This document shows positions 50,420 to 59,259 of a DNA stretch of 64,000 nucleotides, piece by piece. Position numbers and translations under genes: made by a program. The stretch covers positions 3,744,001 through 3,808,000 of the forward strand of contig OZ244065.1 in NCBI GenBank assembly GCA_965215505.1, in the 5' to 3' direction. A model generated the notes under the pieces. It saw only the letters and a program-made list of their open reading frames with translations. It made no database searches and was not told where the DNA came from. Origin of the DNA: Capsulimonadaceae bacterium (lineage in GTDB: Bacteria; Armatimonadota; Armatimonadia; Armatimonadales; Capsulimonadaceae). Numbering within the stretch: position 1 is the first letter of the stretch; each line of letters opens with the position of its first letter.

Positions 50420-51373
50420 ATGACGGACGCGATGGGGCGGCGAGAACTGATCGGGCGCGGCGTCGCACTCGGCGTCGGCGTCATGGGGGCGGGCGCGCTG
50501 GCCGCGCCCGCCGCCGCGCAGGGCGGGGCGGGGTCCTTTACCTTCCTGCACTACACCGACATCCACGTCGAGCCGGAGCTGCACGCGGTCCAGGGCTTTT
50601 CCAAGGCCGTGGACTCGATGAAGCGCGCCGCCCCGGACGCGGCCTTCGCCCTCTGCGGCGGCGACCTCGTCTTCGACGCCAACGCCGTCCCTTACTCCCG
50701 CGCGGCCCTGCTTTACGATCTGTACCAGGAGCAGGAGGGGCGGCTGGGCGTCCCCGTCCACCACTGCCTCGGCAACCACGACATCTTCGGCCTGGACCCC
50801 GTCAAGAGCGGGGCCGCCGCCGGTGACCCCCACGCCGGCAAGGCGCTCTTCAAGCAGCGCACCGGCCTGGCAAAGACTTACTACTCCTTCGACCACGGCG
50901 GCTGGCACTTCGTCGTGTTAGACACCGTCCAGATTACCCCCGAGTCCTCCTGGCGCGGCTTCGTGGACGACGCCCAGATGGCCTGGCTCGCCGCTGACCT
51001 GGAGAAAGCCGGCAGGACGGCGCCCACGGTATTGATGGTCCACATGCCGCTCCTGTGCGCCATCACGCAGTACACCAAAGGCACGACCGAGCCGACCCCC
51101 GACAAGCTGATCGTCGCCAACGGCCTGGCCGTCCACGAGTTGATCCGGCCCTACAACGTCAAGGCCGTTTTGCAGGGCCATACCCACGTCGTCGAGGAGA
51201 TCGCCTACCTCGGCACCCGCTACGTCTCGGCAGGCGCGGTCTGCGGCGACTGGTGGAAGGGCTGGCGGCTCGGCGTCCACCCGGAGGGCTTCACCGTCTG
51301 CACCGCCCACGAAAACGGCGACTTCGACTGGCGCTACGTCCCCTACGGCTGGAAGGCGGACAAGGCTGCCTGA
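50420..51373 (+). CDS. Tat-exported calcineurin-like metallophosphoesterase
   Basis: GRRELI Tat motif; TDIH, GGD, GNHD, GHTH. Confidence 0.9.
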   Translation: MTDAMGRRELIGRGVALGVGVMGAGALAAPAAAQGGAGSFTFLHYTDIHVEPELHAVQGFSKAVDSMKRAAPDAAFALCGGDLVFDANAVPYSRAALLYDLYQEQEGRLGVPVHHCLGNHDIFGLDPVKSGAAAGDPHAGKALFKQRTGLAKTYYSFDHGGWHFVVLDTVQITPESSWRGFVDDAQMAWLAADLEKAGRTAPTVLMVHMPLLCAITQYTKGTTEPTPDKLIVANGLAVHELIRPYNVKAVLQGHTHVVEEIAYLGTRYVSAGAVCGDWWKGWRLGVHPEGFTVCTAHENGDFDWRYVPYGWKADKAA

Positions 51374-51374
51374 A

Positions 51375-51494
51375 ATGAGAATACTCGCCATCGGCGATAT
51401 TCACCGCTGCGCGTCCGCCTTAGACACGCTTCTGGCCGCCGTTTCTCCCACATCGGAAGACACCGTGGTCACGCCGCTGCTCACTCAGGGCTAA
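51375..51494 (+). pseudogene. Truncated metallophosphatase (PphA-like N-terminus only)
   Basis: MRILAIGDIHRC..ALDTLL, then an abrupt stop. Confidence 0.65.
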
Positions 51495-51783
51495 GGGCCG
51501 CAGTGTCCCAGCCCTGAAGGGCCGGTCTACACGGATGGGCCGCCCGCTTCGGGGCTTCGGAGGGATCTCTTCGGGGGGGGCATGCAGAAGGCGTCCCGTA
51601 GGGGTAGGGCTTGCCCCTACCCCTTTCTCCTGCCTTACCTTCTTCTCCTGCTCCCCCTACGGAACGCGCGGCAAGAGGGCGGGGGACACCACCCTACGCG
51701 GCCCGGACGGCACCGTCCGGCAGCGTCCTCCGAAGCCCCGAAGGGGCGGCCGACCGGCGGAGCCGACGCGATAATCCCGGCCC

Positions 51784-52347
51784 CTAGCCCTGAGTGAGCA
51801 GCAGCATGGCGAACCCGTTGCCGGGCCAGGTGTAATACTCCTGCCCATCGGCGGCCTTGCCCCAGCGCACTTCATATTTGTCCAGCATGGGAATCAATGC
51901 GGCCTCCACCTCGGCCTCGGTGACTCCCAATCGGGCCGCCAGATCGGCCTTGGTGCGGCGCATCTCCCGGTCTTCGAAGTGCGGCTCCACCAGGCAGCGC
52001 AGGGCGCGCAGGGTCAGCGGGTTCCGGACGAAGGCCGAGAGCTGGGCGATCTTCTCGGTGATCTGGGCGTCGGTCGGCAGGTCGGCGGCCCCATGGATAT
52101 TGTTCAATCCGAACGCCGTCCCCTCGTTGCCGCCGGCCCGGATCTGGTTGATTACGCAGCCGATGGAGATACCGGACCCCGCGCCTTTCTCGGTCATGCT
52201 TTGCCTGAGCTGGCGGCGCATGATCTGGCCGACGTCCGGCGCGTCCTGTCCGGCGGGGGCGGCGTCCAGACGCGCCCGCAGCCCGTCCACCTCCCGCCGC
52301 AGGGCCGCGAGGTCGTTCTGAATGTCCGTGACAGTGGGTTCGCTCAT
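51784..52347 (-). CDS. Hypothetical protein with C-terminal wHTH-like segment
   Basis: TKADLAARLGVTEAEV; third gene of the ECF operon. Confidence 0.6.
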   Translation of the reverse strand: MSEPTVTDIQNDLAALRREVDGLRARLDAAPAGQDAPDVGQIMRRQLRQSMTEKGAGSGISIGCVINQIRAGGNEGTAFGLNNIHGAADLPTDAQITEKIAQLSAFVRNPLTLRALRCLVEPHFEDREMRRTKADLAARLGVTEAEVEAALIPMLDKYEVRWGKAADGQEYYTWPGNGFAMLLLTQG

Positions 52348-52359
52348 GGTGTGTCCTCC

Positions 52360-52677
52360 TCAGTGCGTCCGGGTCGTCTGGTAGACGGTCACGCGGGTCC
52401 CCTCCCGGTACCGCCACTGCGTGAAGGTGGCGCGCGGAGGGACGGCCGGGCTGGGCGGAGGGGCCGGGGGTGGGGCGGGATTGTACTGCCGCCACTCCAC
52501 GGCCCAGCCTCCGGCGTCCGTCCGCCGCCAGACCTGGGCTTGTGCCTGGAGGGCGTCAGCCTCACGCCGGACCCGGGCCATGACCGCCCGGCGCAGGCGG
52601 GGCGGCGGGGTGGGGCGGGGCAGGCCCGCTAGAGCCTCCTGAACCAGTTCCTGTTCGATCCTGTCTTGCTCGGTCAT
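52360..52677 (-). CDS. Putative anti-sigma factor
   Basis: Follows the ECF sigma; LPRPTPPPRLRRAVMARV. Confidence 0.55.
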   Translation of the reverse strand: MTEQDRIEQELVQEALAGLPRPTPPPRLRRAVMARVRREADALQAQAQVWRRTDAGGWAVEWRQYNPAPPPAPPPSPAVPPRATFTQWRYREGTRVTVYQTTRTH

Positions 52678-52689
52678 GCGTCTTCTTTC

Positions 52690-53280
52690 CTACTCCTCGG
52701 TCAGCCAGGCGCGGGCGACGGCCCGGAGATGCGCCCGCCCGGCGTTGATCCGCGACTTGACCGTGCCCAGGGGGCAGCCGGTGATGCGGGCGATGTCGGC
52801 ATACGCCATCCCCTCCATGTCGCGCAGGACGACCGCCTCGCGCTGCTCGAGCGTTAGCCGGTCCAGGGCCGCCCCGATCGCCCGTTCCAAAGCGCCCATG
52901 ATCGCTCGGTCGCATGGGCCGGCCGCGCCCAGCATTGCCGCCGTCATCCCCTCCGTGAGCGGCCCGACCGGCAGTTTGGGCGATTTGGCGTGGTCTAAGA
53001 CTAGCCGCCGGGCGACCGTGAACAGCCACGTCCGAAACGCCACTTCGGGCCGGTAGGAGTGCCGCGCCCGCCAGACGCGCAGCCAGCACTCCTGCGCCAG
53101 ATCCTCGGCCAAGTCCCGGTCGGACACAAGCCGCGTCAGATAGTGGAACACGGCGGCCTCGTGCCGCCCCAGCAGAGCGTCGAAGGCCTGGGCGTCCCCC
53201 TGCGCCGCCCGCCGCATCAGCGTGGCATCTGTCGGCACGGGATTTGTCGGCACACCGTCCGAATGCTCGGCCTCTCGCAT
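52690..53280 (-). CDS. ECF sigma-70 factor
   Basis: GDAQAFDAL, AEDLAQE, FRTWL, YADIA..PLGTVKSRI. Confidence 0.92.
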   Translation of the reverse strand: MREAEHSDGVPTNPVPTDATLMRRAAQGDAQAFDALLGRHEAAVFHYLTRLVSDRDLAEDLAQECWLRVWRARHSYRPEVAFRTWLFTVARRLVLDHAKSPKLPVGPLTEGMTAAMLGAAGPCDRAIMGALERAIGAALDRLTLEQREAVVLRDMEGMAYADIARITGCPLGTVKSRINAGRAHLRAVARAWLTEE

Positions 53281-53416
53281 CGTCGTCTCCTCGGCCCCTA
53301 CACCCAGTTAAACGAGGCGGGAATGGGAAAGTTCGGCTCCGGGGCAGGAAGCGGGCGCGCGGGCGGCGAATAGGGGAGAAACGCCGGTCTGCCCGACGGC
53401 GGAGGAGATTTCAACG

Positions 53417-53827
53417 ATGAAGATTGCCCGCCCGTCCCGCCCCGCCCCTTTGGCCGCTCTGTCTCTGCTGGCCTTCGCCTTGGCCGGCTGCGCCTCCCCC
53501 AAGCCCACCGTCGTCGGCAAATGGCAGGGGACGGTCACGCAGCCAGGCGGTAACATGAGCACGCTATTCGAGTTCACGCCCGACAACAAGGAGACGATCA
53601 CCGTGACGCCGGTCGGCGTGCCGACGATCATCGTCATCCACGGCACCTACGCGATCAACGGCGCGAACATGACCCAGACCTTCACGACGATAACGATGGG
53701 AAGTCAAACCAGGCCCGCGCCTGCTTCCTCCGGCAGTCCCCGGCCGTTCACGCTGGACGGCGATCACCTGATGCTGTCGGACCCGACCGGCAAGCAGACG
53801 ATGACGCTGACGCGCGTGAAGCAGTGA
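53417..53827 (+). CDS. Lipoprotein, paralog 1
   Basis: LAGC lipobox; VVGKWQG. Confidence 0.75.
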   Translation: MKIARPSRPAPLAALSLLAFALAGCASPKPTVVGKWQGTVTQPGGNMSTLFEFTPDNKETITVTPVGVPTIIVIHGTYAINGANMTQTFTTITMGSQTRPAPASSGSPRPFTLDGDHLMLSDPTGKQTMTLTRVKQ

Positions 53828-53850
53828 CGGGCGGTAATAGAAAATCCCCG

Positions 53851-54267
53851 ATGAAGAAAACTTCCCTGTCCCTGCGCCCCGCCTCCCTCGCGGTTTTGCC
53901 CCTCCTGGCGGCTGTGCTGGCCGGCTGCGCCCCCAAGCCCACCATCGTCGGCAAGTGGCAGGGCACACTTACGCAGCCGGGCGGGGCGATCACCAGCACG
54001 TTCGAATTCACCCAGGGCGGCAAGGAGACGATCACCAGCCAGGCGACCGGCGGGGGGACAACGGTGGACATCACGGCGGGCGGCACCTACACCGTCAGCG
54101 GCACGAGCCTGACCCAGACCCTCACGACGATGACCCTGCGCGGCCAGCCCATGCCCATCCCGCCCGGCCAAGCCAAGTCTGCGCCGTTCACGCTGGACGG
54201 CGACCGCCTGACCCTGACCAGCCCCGGCACCGGCGAACCGCTGACGCTGACGCGCGTGAAGGAGTAG
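53851..54267 (+). CDS. Lipoprotein, tandem paralog 2
   Basis: LAGC; IVGKWQG; shares PFTLDGD..LTRVK with paralog 1. Confidence 0.75.
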   Translation: MKKTSLSLRPASLAVLPLLAAVLAGCAPKPTIVGKWQGTLTQPGGAITSTFEFTQGGKETITSQATGGGTTVDITAGGTYTVSGTSLTQTLTTMTLRGQPMPIPPGQAKSAPFTLDGDRLTLTSPGTGEPLTLTRVKE

Positions 54268-54274
54268 GGCGGCC

Positions 54275-55690
54275 TCATGGGGGCGTGGCCGGGGCCTCAT
54301 ACGGCCCGTGGAAGATGCCGACCCGCGCGAGCGTCGGGCAGGCTTCGGAGTCGGTGATGGTGACGCGCACCTTGCGGGCCGTGACGGTGGGGAACCAGAG
54401 CAGCCGCTTGTAGCCGACCGTCGTTCCCCCGGCGACCTTCCGCCAGGAACCGTCCACATCCGCCTCGACGGTGAAGGCCGCGATGCGCTGCCCGAGCGGC
54501 AGGTACTCCTGGAGCATGACGTTGTTGAAGGCCGTCGGCGTCCCCAGGTCCACCTCCAGCGAGGCCGCCCGGACGCCGTCGCCCGCCGCCCAGTACCGGC
54601 CCGGCTCGCCGCCGACGGCATTGGCGGCGGCAAAGGTCCTGCCGCGCGCGTTTGTCGCCGTGGCCGGTCGGTGTGCTGCCAGGTCATGCCCGAAGATCGC
54701 TTTAACGGCCTGGCCGAACTCCTTCAGCCGGGCGACATCCGCGTCGGCGAACCGGCCCCGTCGGTCCGGTGGGACGTTCAGCAGCAGGACGGTCCCGCGT
54801 CCGACCGAGGCGTAGTAGATTTTCAGCAGGTCGGCCAGAGGCTTGACGCTGCCGTCCTGGTCGACATGGTAGTACCAGCCCGGACGGATCGAGACGTCTG
54901 CCTCGGTCGGGTCCCAGAACGGGGAGCCGTCGCGGCTGTCCCGATTGTTCCAGACGGTGGGGGGCGCGAAGCCGTCCTCATTGCCGACCCAGTGGACGGG
55001 GTTCACGGTGTTGCCGGAGCCGTCCGCGAAGATGACCGCGTGCGGGGCCAGTCTCTGGATGAGCGGGAAGAAGCGCGCCCAATCGTAGACCTGCTTTTTG
55101 CCGTTCGGCCCCTCGCCGTTGGCCCCGTCCAGCCAGACCTCGCCCATGTCGCCGTAGTGCGTCAGCAGCTCCGTCATCTGATTCATGTAGTAGGCGTTGT
55201 AGGTGTCCCCCTGCCCGTAGAGCGCCGAGTTGCGGTCCCAGGGCGAGAGGTAGATGCCCGGCGTGACGTTCTGCGCGCGGCAGGCGTCCGTGAACTCCCG
55301 CACCACATCGCCCCGCCCGCCCTTCCACGGGCTGTTCCTGACCGAATGCTCCGTCCAGACGCTCGGCCAGAGGCAGAAGCCATCGTGGTGCTTGGCCGTC
55401 AGGATGGCTTGCGTGATTCCGGCGGCTTTTAACGCGCTGATCCACTGATTACAGTCGAGCTGCGTGGGGTTGAACAGCTTGGGGTCTTCCTTCCCGTCGC
55501 CCCATTCCGCGCCGGTGAACGTGTTCATGTTGAAGTGGACGAAGGCGATCAGCTCGCGATGCTGCCAGGCCAGTTGCTGCGGCGTCGGCACCGGCCCGTA
55601 GGCGACCGGCGGCACGTCGGCAGGCGCGCGGCTCCCCGCCGCCATCGCCGCGCAGGCCAGCAGGGAACAGAAGAGCAGCAATGGTTTCAT
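54275..55690 (-). CDS. Alpha-L-fucosidase (GH29) with F5/8-type C-terminal domain
   Basis: FVHF, TAKHHDGFCLWPS, YLSPWD, WLDGA, SIRPGWYY, LLNVPP. Confidence 0.93.
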   Translation of the reverse strand: MKPLLLFCSLLACAAMAAGSRAPADVPPVAYGPVPTPQQLAWQHRELIAFVHFNMNTFTGAEWGDGKEDPKLFNPTQLDCNQWISALKAAGITQAILTAKHHDGFCLWPSVWTEHSVRNSPWKGGRGDVVREFTDACRAQNVTPGIYLSPWDRNSALYGQGDTYNAYYMNQMTELLTHYGDMGEVWLDGANGEGPNGKKQVYDWARFFPLIQRLAPHAVIFADGSGNTVNPVHWVGNEDGFAPPTVWNNRDSRDGSPFWDPTEADVSIRPGWYYHVDQDGSVKPLADLLKIYYASVGRGTVLLLNVPPDRRGRFADADVARLKEFGQAVKAIFGHDLAAHRPATATNARGRTFAAANAVGGEPGRYWAAGDGVRAASLEVDLGTPTAFNNVMLQEYLPLGQRIAAFTVEADVDGSWRKVAGGTTVGYKRLLWFPTVTARKVRVTITDSEACPTLARVGIFHGPYEAPATPP

Positions 55691-55811
55691 GGAATCTCCT
55701 CAAGAGGCGCTGATGACGGCAGCCCCCACCCCCCTTTTAGCCCTCTGGGTGCTTGATTCCTTCCAAACGGTCCTCAAGTCGTGCCGAGGCTTGGCCCAGG
55801 GAGCGGCGACG

Positions 55812-55844
55812 AAAAAGGCGCGGGTGGGACTTCCCACCCGCGCC
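55812..55844 (-). terminator. Intrinsic terminator after the ScyD/E gene
   Basis: 13-bp stem followed by a U5 tract on the minus strand. Confidence 0.7.
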
Positions 55845-55872
55845 GCCCGTCTCCCCGTGGGGTTCCGGGGGG

Positions 55873-57207
55873 TCAGTCTGACGCCTCCCCGTTCCGCTTC
55901 TTGCGCCGGGCGGCGACCACCAGCCCGCCAAGGCCCAGGGCCAGCAACAGGCCGAAGGAGACGGTGGTGGCGGCCTCGGGGACGGGGGAGTTCAGGGAGT
56001 AGCGCAGGACCTCGCCGCTCCCCTCGAACGTGCCCTGGCTGTTCATCACGCCCTGGCTGGAGATGAAAAGGGCGTTGCCCGGCCCGGCGATCAGGGCGGT
56101 GTAGTCGATGCCGCCGGGGAGGGAGGCGAGGAGGGTGTGTACGCCGGACGGGTCCACCTGGAACAACTGGGCGGCACCCGGATTCGGGCCGAGGCCGTTG
56201 GTGGTTTCATCCAGCACATACATGTTCCCGTTCGGGCCGAACGTCAGGCCGGTGATCGTCGTGAAGCCGCCGGAGCCGGCGAAGGAGAACGGCTTGCCGG
56301 AGGCCGGGTCCAGGCGGAACACGCTCGCGCCCCCGGCGGGGAAGGGGTAGCCGGTGAACTCGCCGGCGTACAGGCCGCCCTTGCCGTCCAGGGCCAGGGC
56401 GGTGGGCACCGACTGGAAGGTCGGGCCGCCCCGGCCGGTCGTGTTCGGGGCGGCGGGGAGCGCACTCAGCAGGGAAGGAGCGCCGCCGCCCGCCGGGGCC
56501 TGGAGGACGACGTTCCCGCCGCCGTCGGATATGGCGAACCCGCCGCCGGGGAGGGCCGCCAGGCCGTAGGGGTTCGCCTCGGGGACGGACCGGTCCGGGT
56601 TGTTCGCGGCATAGTTCTGGGTCTCATACGGCACCAGGTCGGACAGCGGCGTCACGGTGTTGGAGCCGGTGTTGAGCCGGACGAGCTGGCCCAGGTCTGC
56701 GGCGTTCGTCGCGCCCGCGCCGGTCGCGCCGAGGACGTCCGTGACGAGCTGGGTGCGCTGCGCTTCGGTGCCGCCCAGGCCGAAGGCTCCGTAGAGCTGG
56801 CCGCTGCTGTCGAAGGCGATGCCCTGGAGTCCGGTGGTCTCGCCGCCCCCGGCGGGGCCGAGCGAGGGCAGGCCGCTGATGACCCGCGTCTGGATGCCGT
56901 TCTGGAGGCGGCTGACGGCGCCCGTGTCGCCGAAGTAGGTGGCGACGCCTGCGCCGCTGACGAAGCCGGGGCCGGTCGCGGCGCTGTGGTTGCCCGTCCC
57001 GCCCTCGGCGACATACAGGCCGCCGCCGGGGCTGACGGCAAGGCCGTAAGGGTTGTCCAGGCCCGTCATGACCGGCTGGAACCCGGCCTGGGCTCGGGCC
57101 GCCGGGGCCAGCGCGGGCATGAGGGCGAGTGCGCCCAAAGCCGCGCGAGCGGTAGTCCGCGCGAGCGAGAGGCGGCCAGTCGAGGGCTGCTTGATGATCT
57201 TCTGCAT
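55873..57207 (-). CDS. ScyD/ScyE-family beta-propeller with PEP-CTERM
   Basis: GLDNPYGL..LYVAEGG, NPYGL, QSVPT, GEFTGYPF; PVPEAA-TM-RRKKR. Confidence 0.82.
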   Translation of the reverse strand: MQKIIKQPSTGRLSLARTTARAALGALALMPALAPAARAQAGFQPVMTGLDNPYGLAVSPGGGLYVAEGGTGNHSAATGPGFVSGAGVATYFGDTGAVSRLQNGIQTRVISGLPSLGPAGGGETTGLQGIAFDSSGQLYGAFGLGGTEAQRTQLVTDVLGATGAGATNAADLGQLVRLNTGSNTVTPLSDLVPYETQNYAANNPDRSVPEANPYGLAALPGGGFAISDGGGNVVLQAPAGGGAPSLLSALPAAPNTTGRGGPTFQSVPTALALDGKGGLYAGEFTGYPFPAGGASVFRLDPASGKPFSFAGSGGFTTITGLTFGPNGNMYVLDETTNGLGPNPGAAQLFQVDPSGVHTLLASLPGGIDYTALIAGPGNALFISSQGVMNSQGTFEGSGEVLRYSLNSPVPEAATTVSFGLLLALGLGGLVVAARRKKRNGEASD

Positions 57208-57315
57208 GTTCGTGTTCTCCTCCGGCGATTCGTCTGTACGGAGAGAATAGCACCCGGAGCGTAATGCAAAGCGTAACTAAATCGCGGGGAATTTGTGCAT
57301 GGAAAGGATATCCGG

Positions 57316-57353
57316 AAAAACAGGGGCCGACGGCATCATGCCGTCGGCCCCTG
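57316..57353 (-). terminator. Intrinsic terminator
   Basis: caggggccgacggcat-c-atgccgtcggcccctg with adjacent U tract. Confidence 0.65.
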
Positions 57354-57406
57354 CTGTAAAGTACGACTCGCCCCAAATTTCCGCCCTGGGCCTTATCGCC
57401 CTCGCT

Positions 57407-57700
57407 CTAAAGGGACGCTCCCGCAAAGTCATGCCGGTCCAGGGCGTATCTGACGGCGGGGTGACCCGTCACTTCTCCCGTCCGCGGGTCGGCGAGCGTG
57501 TTCCTGTTGAAGTGGATGAAGGCGATCTGCTCACGCTGCTGCCAGGGCAGCAGGGAACAAAGCAGCAACGATTTCATGGGGTCTCCTCGCGAGGCGCTGA
57601 TGACGGCGGACCTCACACTCCCCTTATCCCTCCTTGTGCTTGACTCCTTCCGACAGGCTCCCAAGCCGTGCCCAGGCTCGACCCAGGGGGCGGCGACGGA
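57407..57700 (-). pseudogene. Chimeric remnant: fucosidase upstream region and N-terminus fused to GNAT C-terminus
   Basis: 57497-57700 resembles 55520-55812 with an internal deletion; 57421-57496 resembles 58679-58755. Confidence 0.85.
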
Positions 57701-57820
57701 AGGTGAGGGCTGGGGAGGGTTCCGGCACGGCGGCGGGCGGCACGAAGCTCAGGTCGAGCGTCACGCTGCTTCTGGGGGTAAGCGCGAGGTTCTGAAATTT
57801 GGCGAACACGTCCGTGGCGT
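57700..57820 (-). pseudogene. Remnant of another PEP-CTERM gene
   Basis: Reads ...SVTLDLSFVPPAAVPEPSPALTF. Confidence 0.5.
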
Positions 57821-57923
57821 CTGGCGATGGGGGATCTGCCCGTCTCGCTTATGCGAAGGTCGGCGAAGGTGGCTTGGCCGACACTGTTGAAAGAGGCAGA
57901 CATAAATCACCTCTCAGACGGTT

Positions 57924-58292
57924 TCACAGGGCGAAGCGGATGGGGCTGCCGTCCGCCGCGCCTCGATTCGCGGCGGGCGCGCCGGGCCTGGAGTCTACCG
58001 GCTTAGTCAGGTCCAGGAGCGCCTGCCCGTCACCCGCCGCGCGCATGATCCGCGCGAAGACTTCGCCTGCTTTGGCCTCCGCCTCGTGGTGTCCACAGTC
58101 GGGGCGGACCGGGAACGAGGCCAGGGAATACTTGCGCTCGTCGGGGAAGTGTGCCTCCACGTCGAACCGCACCGCGTCCTTGGCGGGGGCGCGTCCGCCG
58201 GCGGCGGGGCCGGAGGCTCTGGACTCCTGGACGACGACGCGCGCGGCCAGGCCCAGGTTGATGCAATTATTCTCCGAGATCTTGACCCACAT
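57924..58292 (-). CDS. Hypothetical protein
   Basis: MWVKISENNCINL; preceded by a sigma54-like promoter. Confidence 0.55.
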   Translation of the reverse strand: MWVKISENNCINLGLAARVVVQESRASGPAAGGRAPAKDAVRFDVEAHFPDERKYSLASFPVRPDCGHHEAEAKAGEVFARIMRAAGDGQALLDLTKPVDSRPGAPAANRGAADGSPIRFAL

Positions 58293-58359
58293 CTTTCGGG
58301 CACTCTTTTCTATCTTGATACAGTCGCTTGCTACGATCGGACGTTGTATTATCTTCTAA

Positions 58360-58376
58360 TGCACAGACCATGCCAA
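58360..58376 (-). promoter_or_regulatory. Sigma54 promoter
   Basis: TTGGCATGGTCTGTGCA on the minus strand. Confidence 0.55.
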
Positions 58377-58673
58377 GTCTTCCTGTGGGAGCGGGGTGAG
58401 GGGCGGGAGCAGGATGAAGGGCGGGAGAGGAACGCGATGCGGGAGGCCGGCGACTACCAGTTATAAGGCCGAAGGGGGAGCGAAAGAGGCACCGTCGGCA
58501 ATCCAAACCGCTTGCAGCACCGACACCGCGAGGTTTTGGCCTGTTCAGCGAGGAGCGAGGCCAGAACGGCCCCCGCGCCTCGCCGGCCTCGCTTCAGGGG
58601 GGCGACCGACTCTGTAACCCGAGATCAATGCGGCGTTGTAACCCGGCGTTCACCAAACCCACGCGCGGGCCGC

Positions 58674-59234
58674 CTACGCCGCGAACTCGTGTCGGTCCAG
58701 CGCGTACTCGACGGCGGGGTGGCGCGTCACTTCTCCCGTTTCCGGGTCGGTGAACTCGTAAGTGTAGCCGCGCTCGAAGCGCAGGCCGCTCTTCTCCAGG
58801 ACGCGGACCGAGGCGACGTTCGCGGCCAGGGCGGTCGCTGTGACTCGGGCCGTGCCTGGCTCCAGGAAGCCCTTTCGGATGAGTGCGCGCGACCCCTCGG
58901 TCGCGCAGCCCTTGCCCCAGGCGGACTTTTTGAATCGGTAGCCCAACTCGACCTCATCCGGGCTTCCTTTGGCGGGCCGGAAGTGGAACCAGCCGATGTC
59001 TTCGCCGGTCGCCTTTAGGGTAGCCACCCAGTAGCCGTAGCCTTCGTACCTCTCGTGATAGGCGAGGTTGCGGGGGATCAGGACATCGCGGTAGAAGGCA
59101 TACGGCATGCGGCGGCCGTCCAGGTTGGTGAACCGGATCACGTCGGGGTCGCCGTCCAGCGCGTACAGGAAGTCCGTATCATCCGCAGTGAAGCGGCGAA
59201 GGAGGAGGCGGTCGGTTTCCAGGAAGACGGTCAT
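58674..59234 (-). CDS. GNAT (RimJ/RimL-like) acetyltransferase
   Basis: LETDRLLLR, ELGYR..WGKG.ATE, NVASVRVLEK. Confidence 0.88.
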   Translation of the reverse strand: MTVFLETDRLLLRRFTADDTDFLYALDGDPDVIRFTNLDGRRMPYAFYRDVLIPRNLAYHERYEGYGYWVATLKATGEDIGWFHFRPAKGSPDEVELGYRFKKSAWGKGCATEGSRALIRKGFLEPGTARVTATALAANVASVRVLEKSGLRFERGYTYEFTDPETGEVTRHPAVEYALDRHEFAA

Positions 59235-59259
59235 GGATACTATCCTGGCGGCTGGGGCC

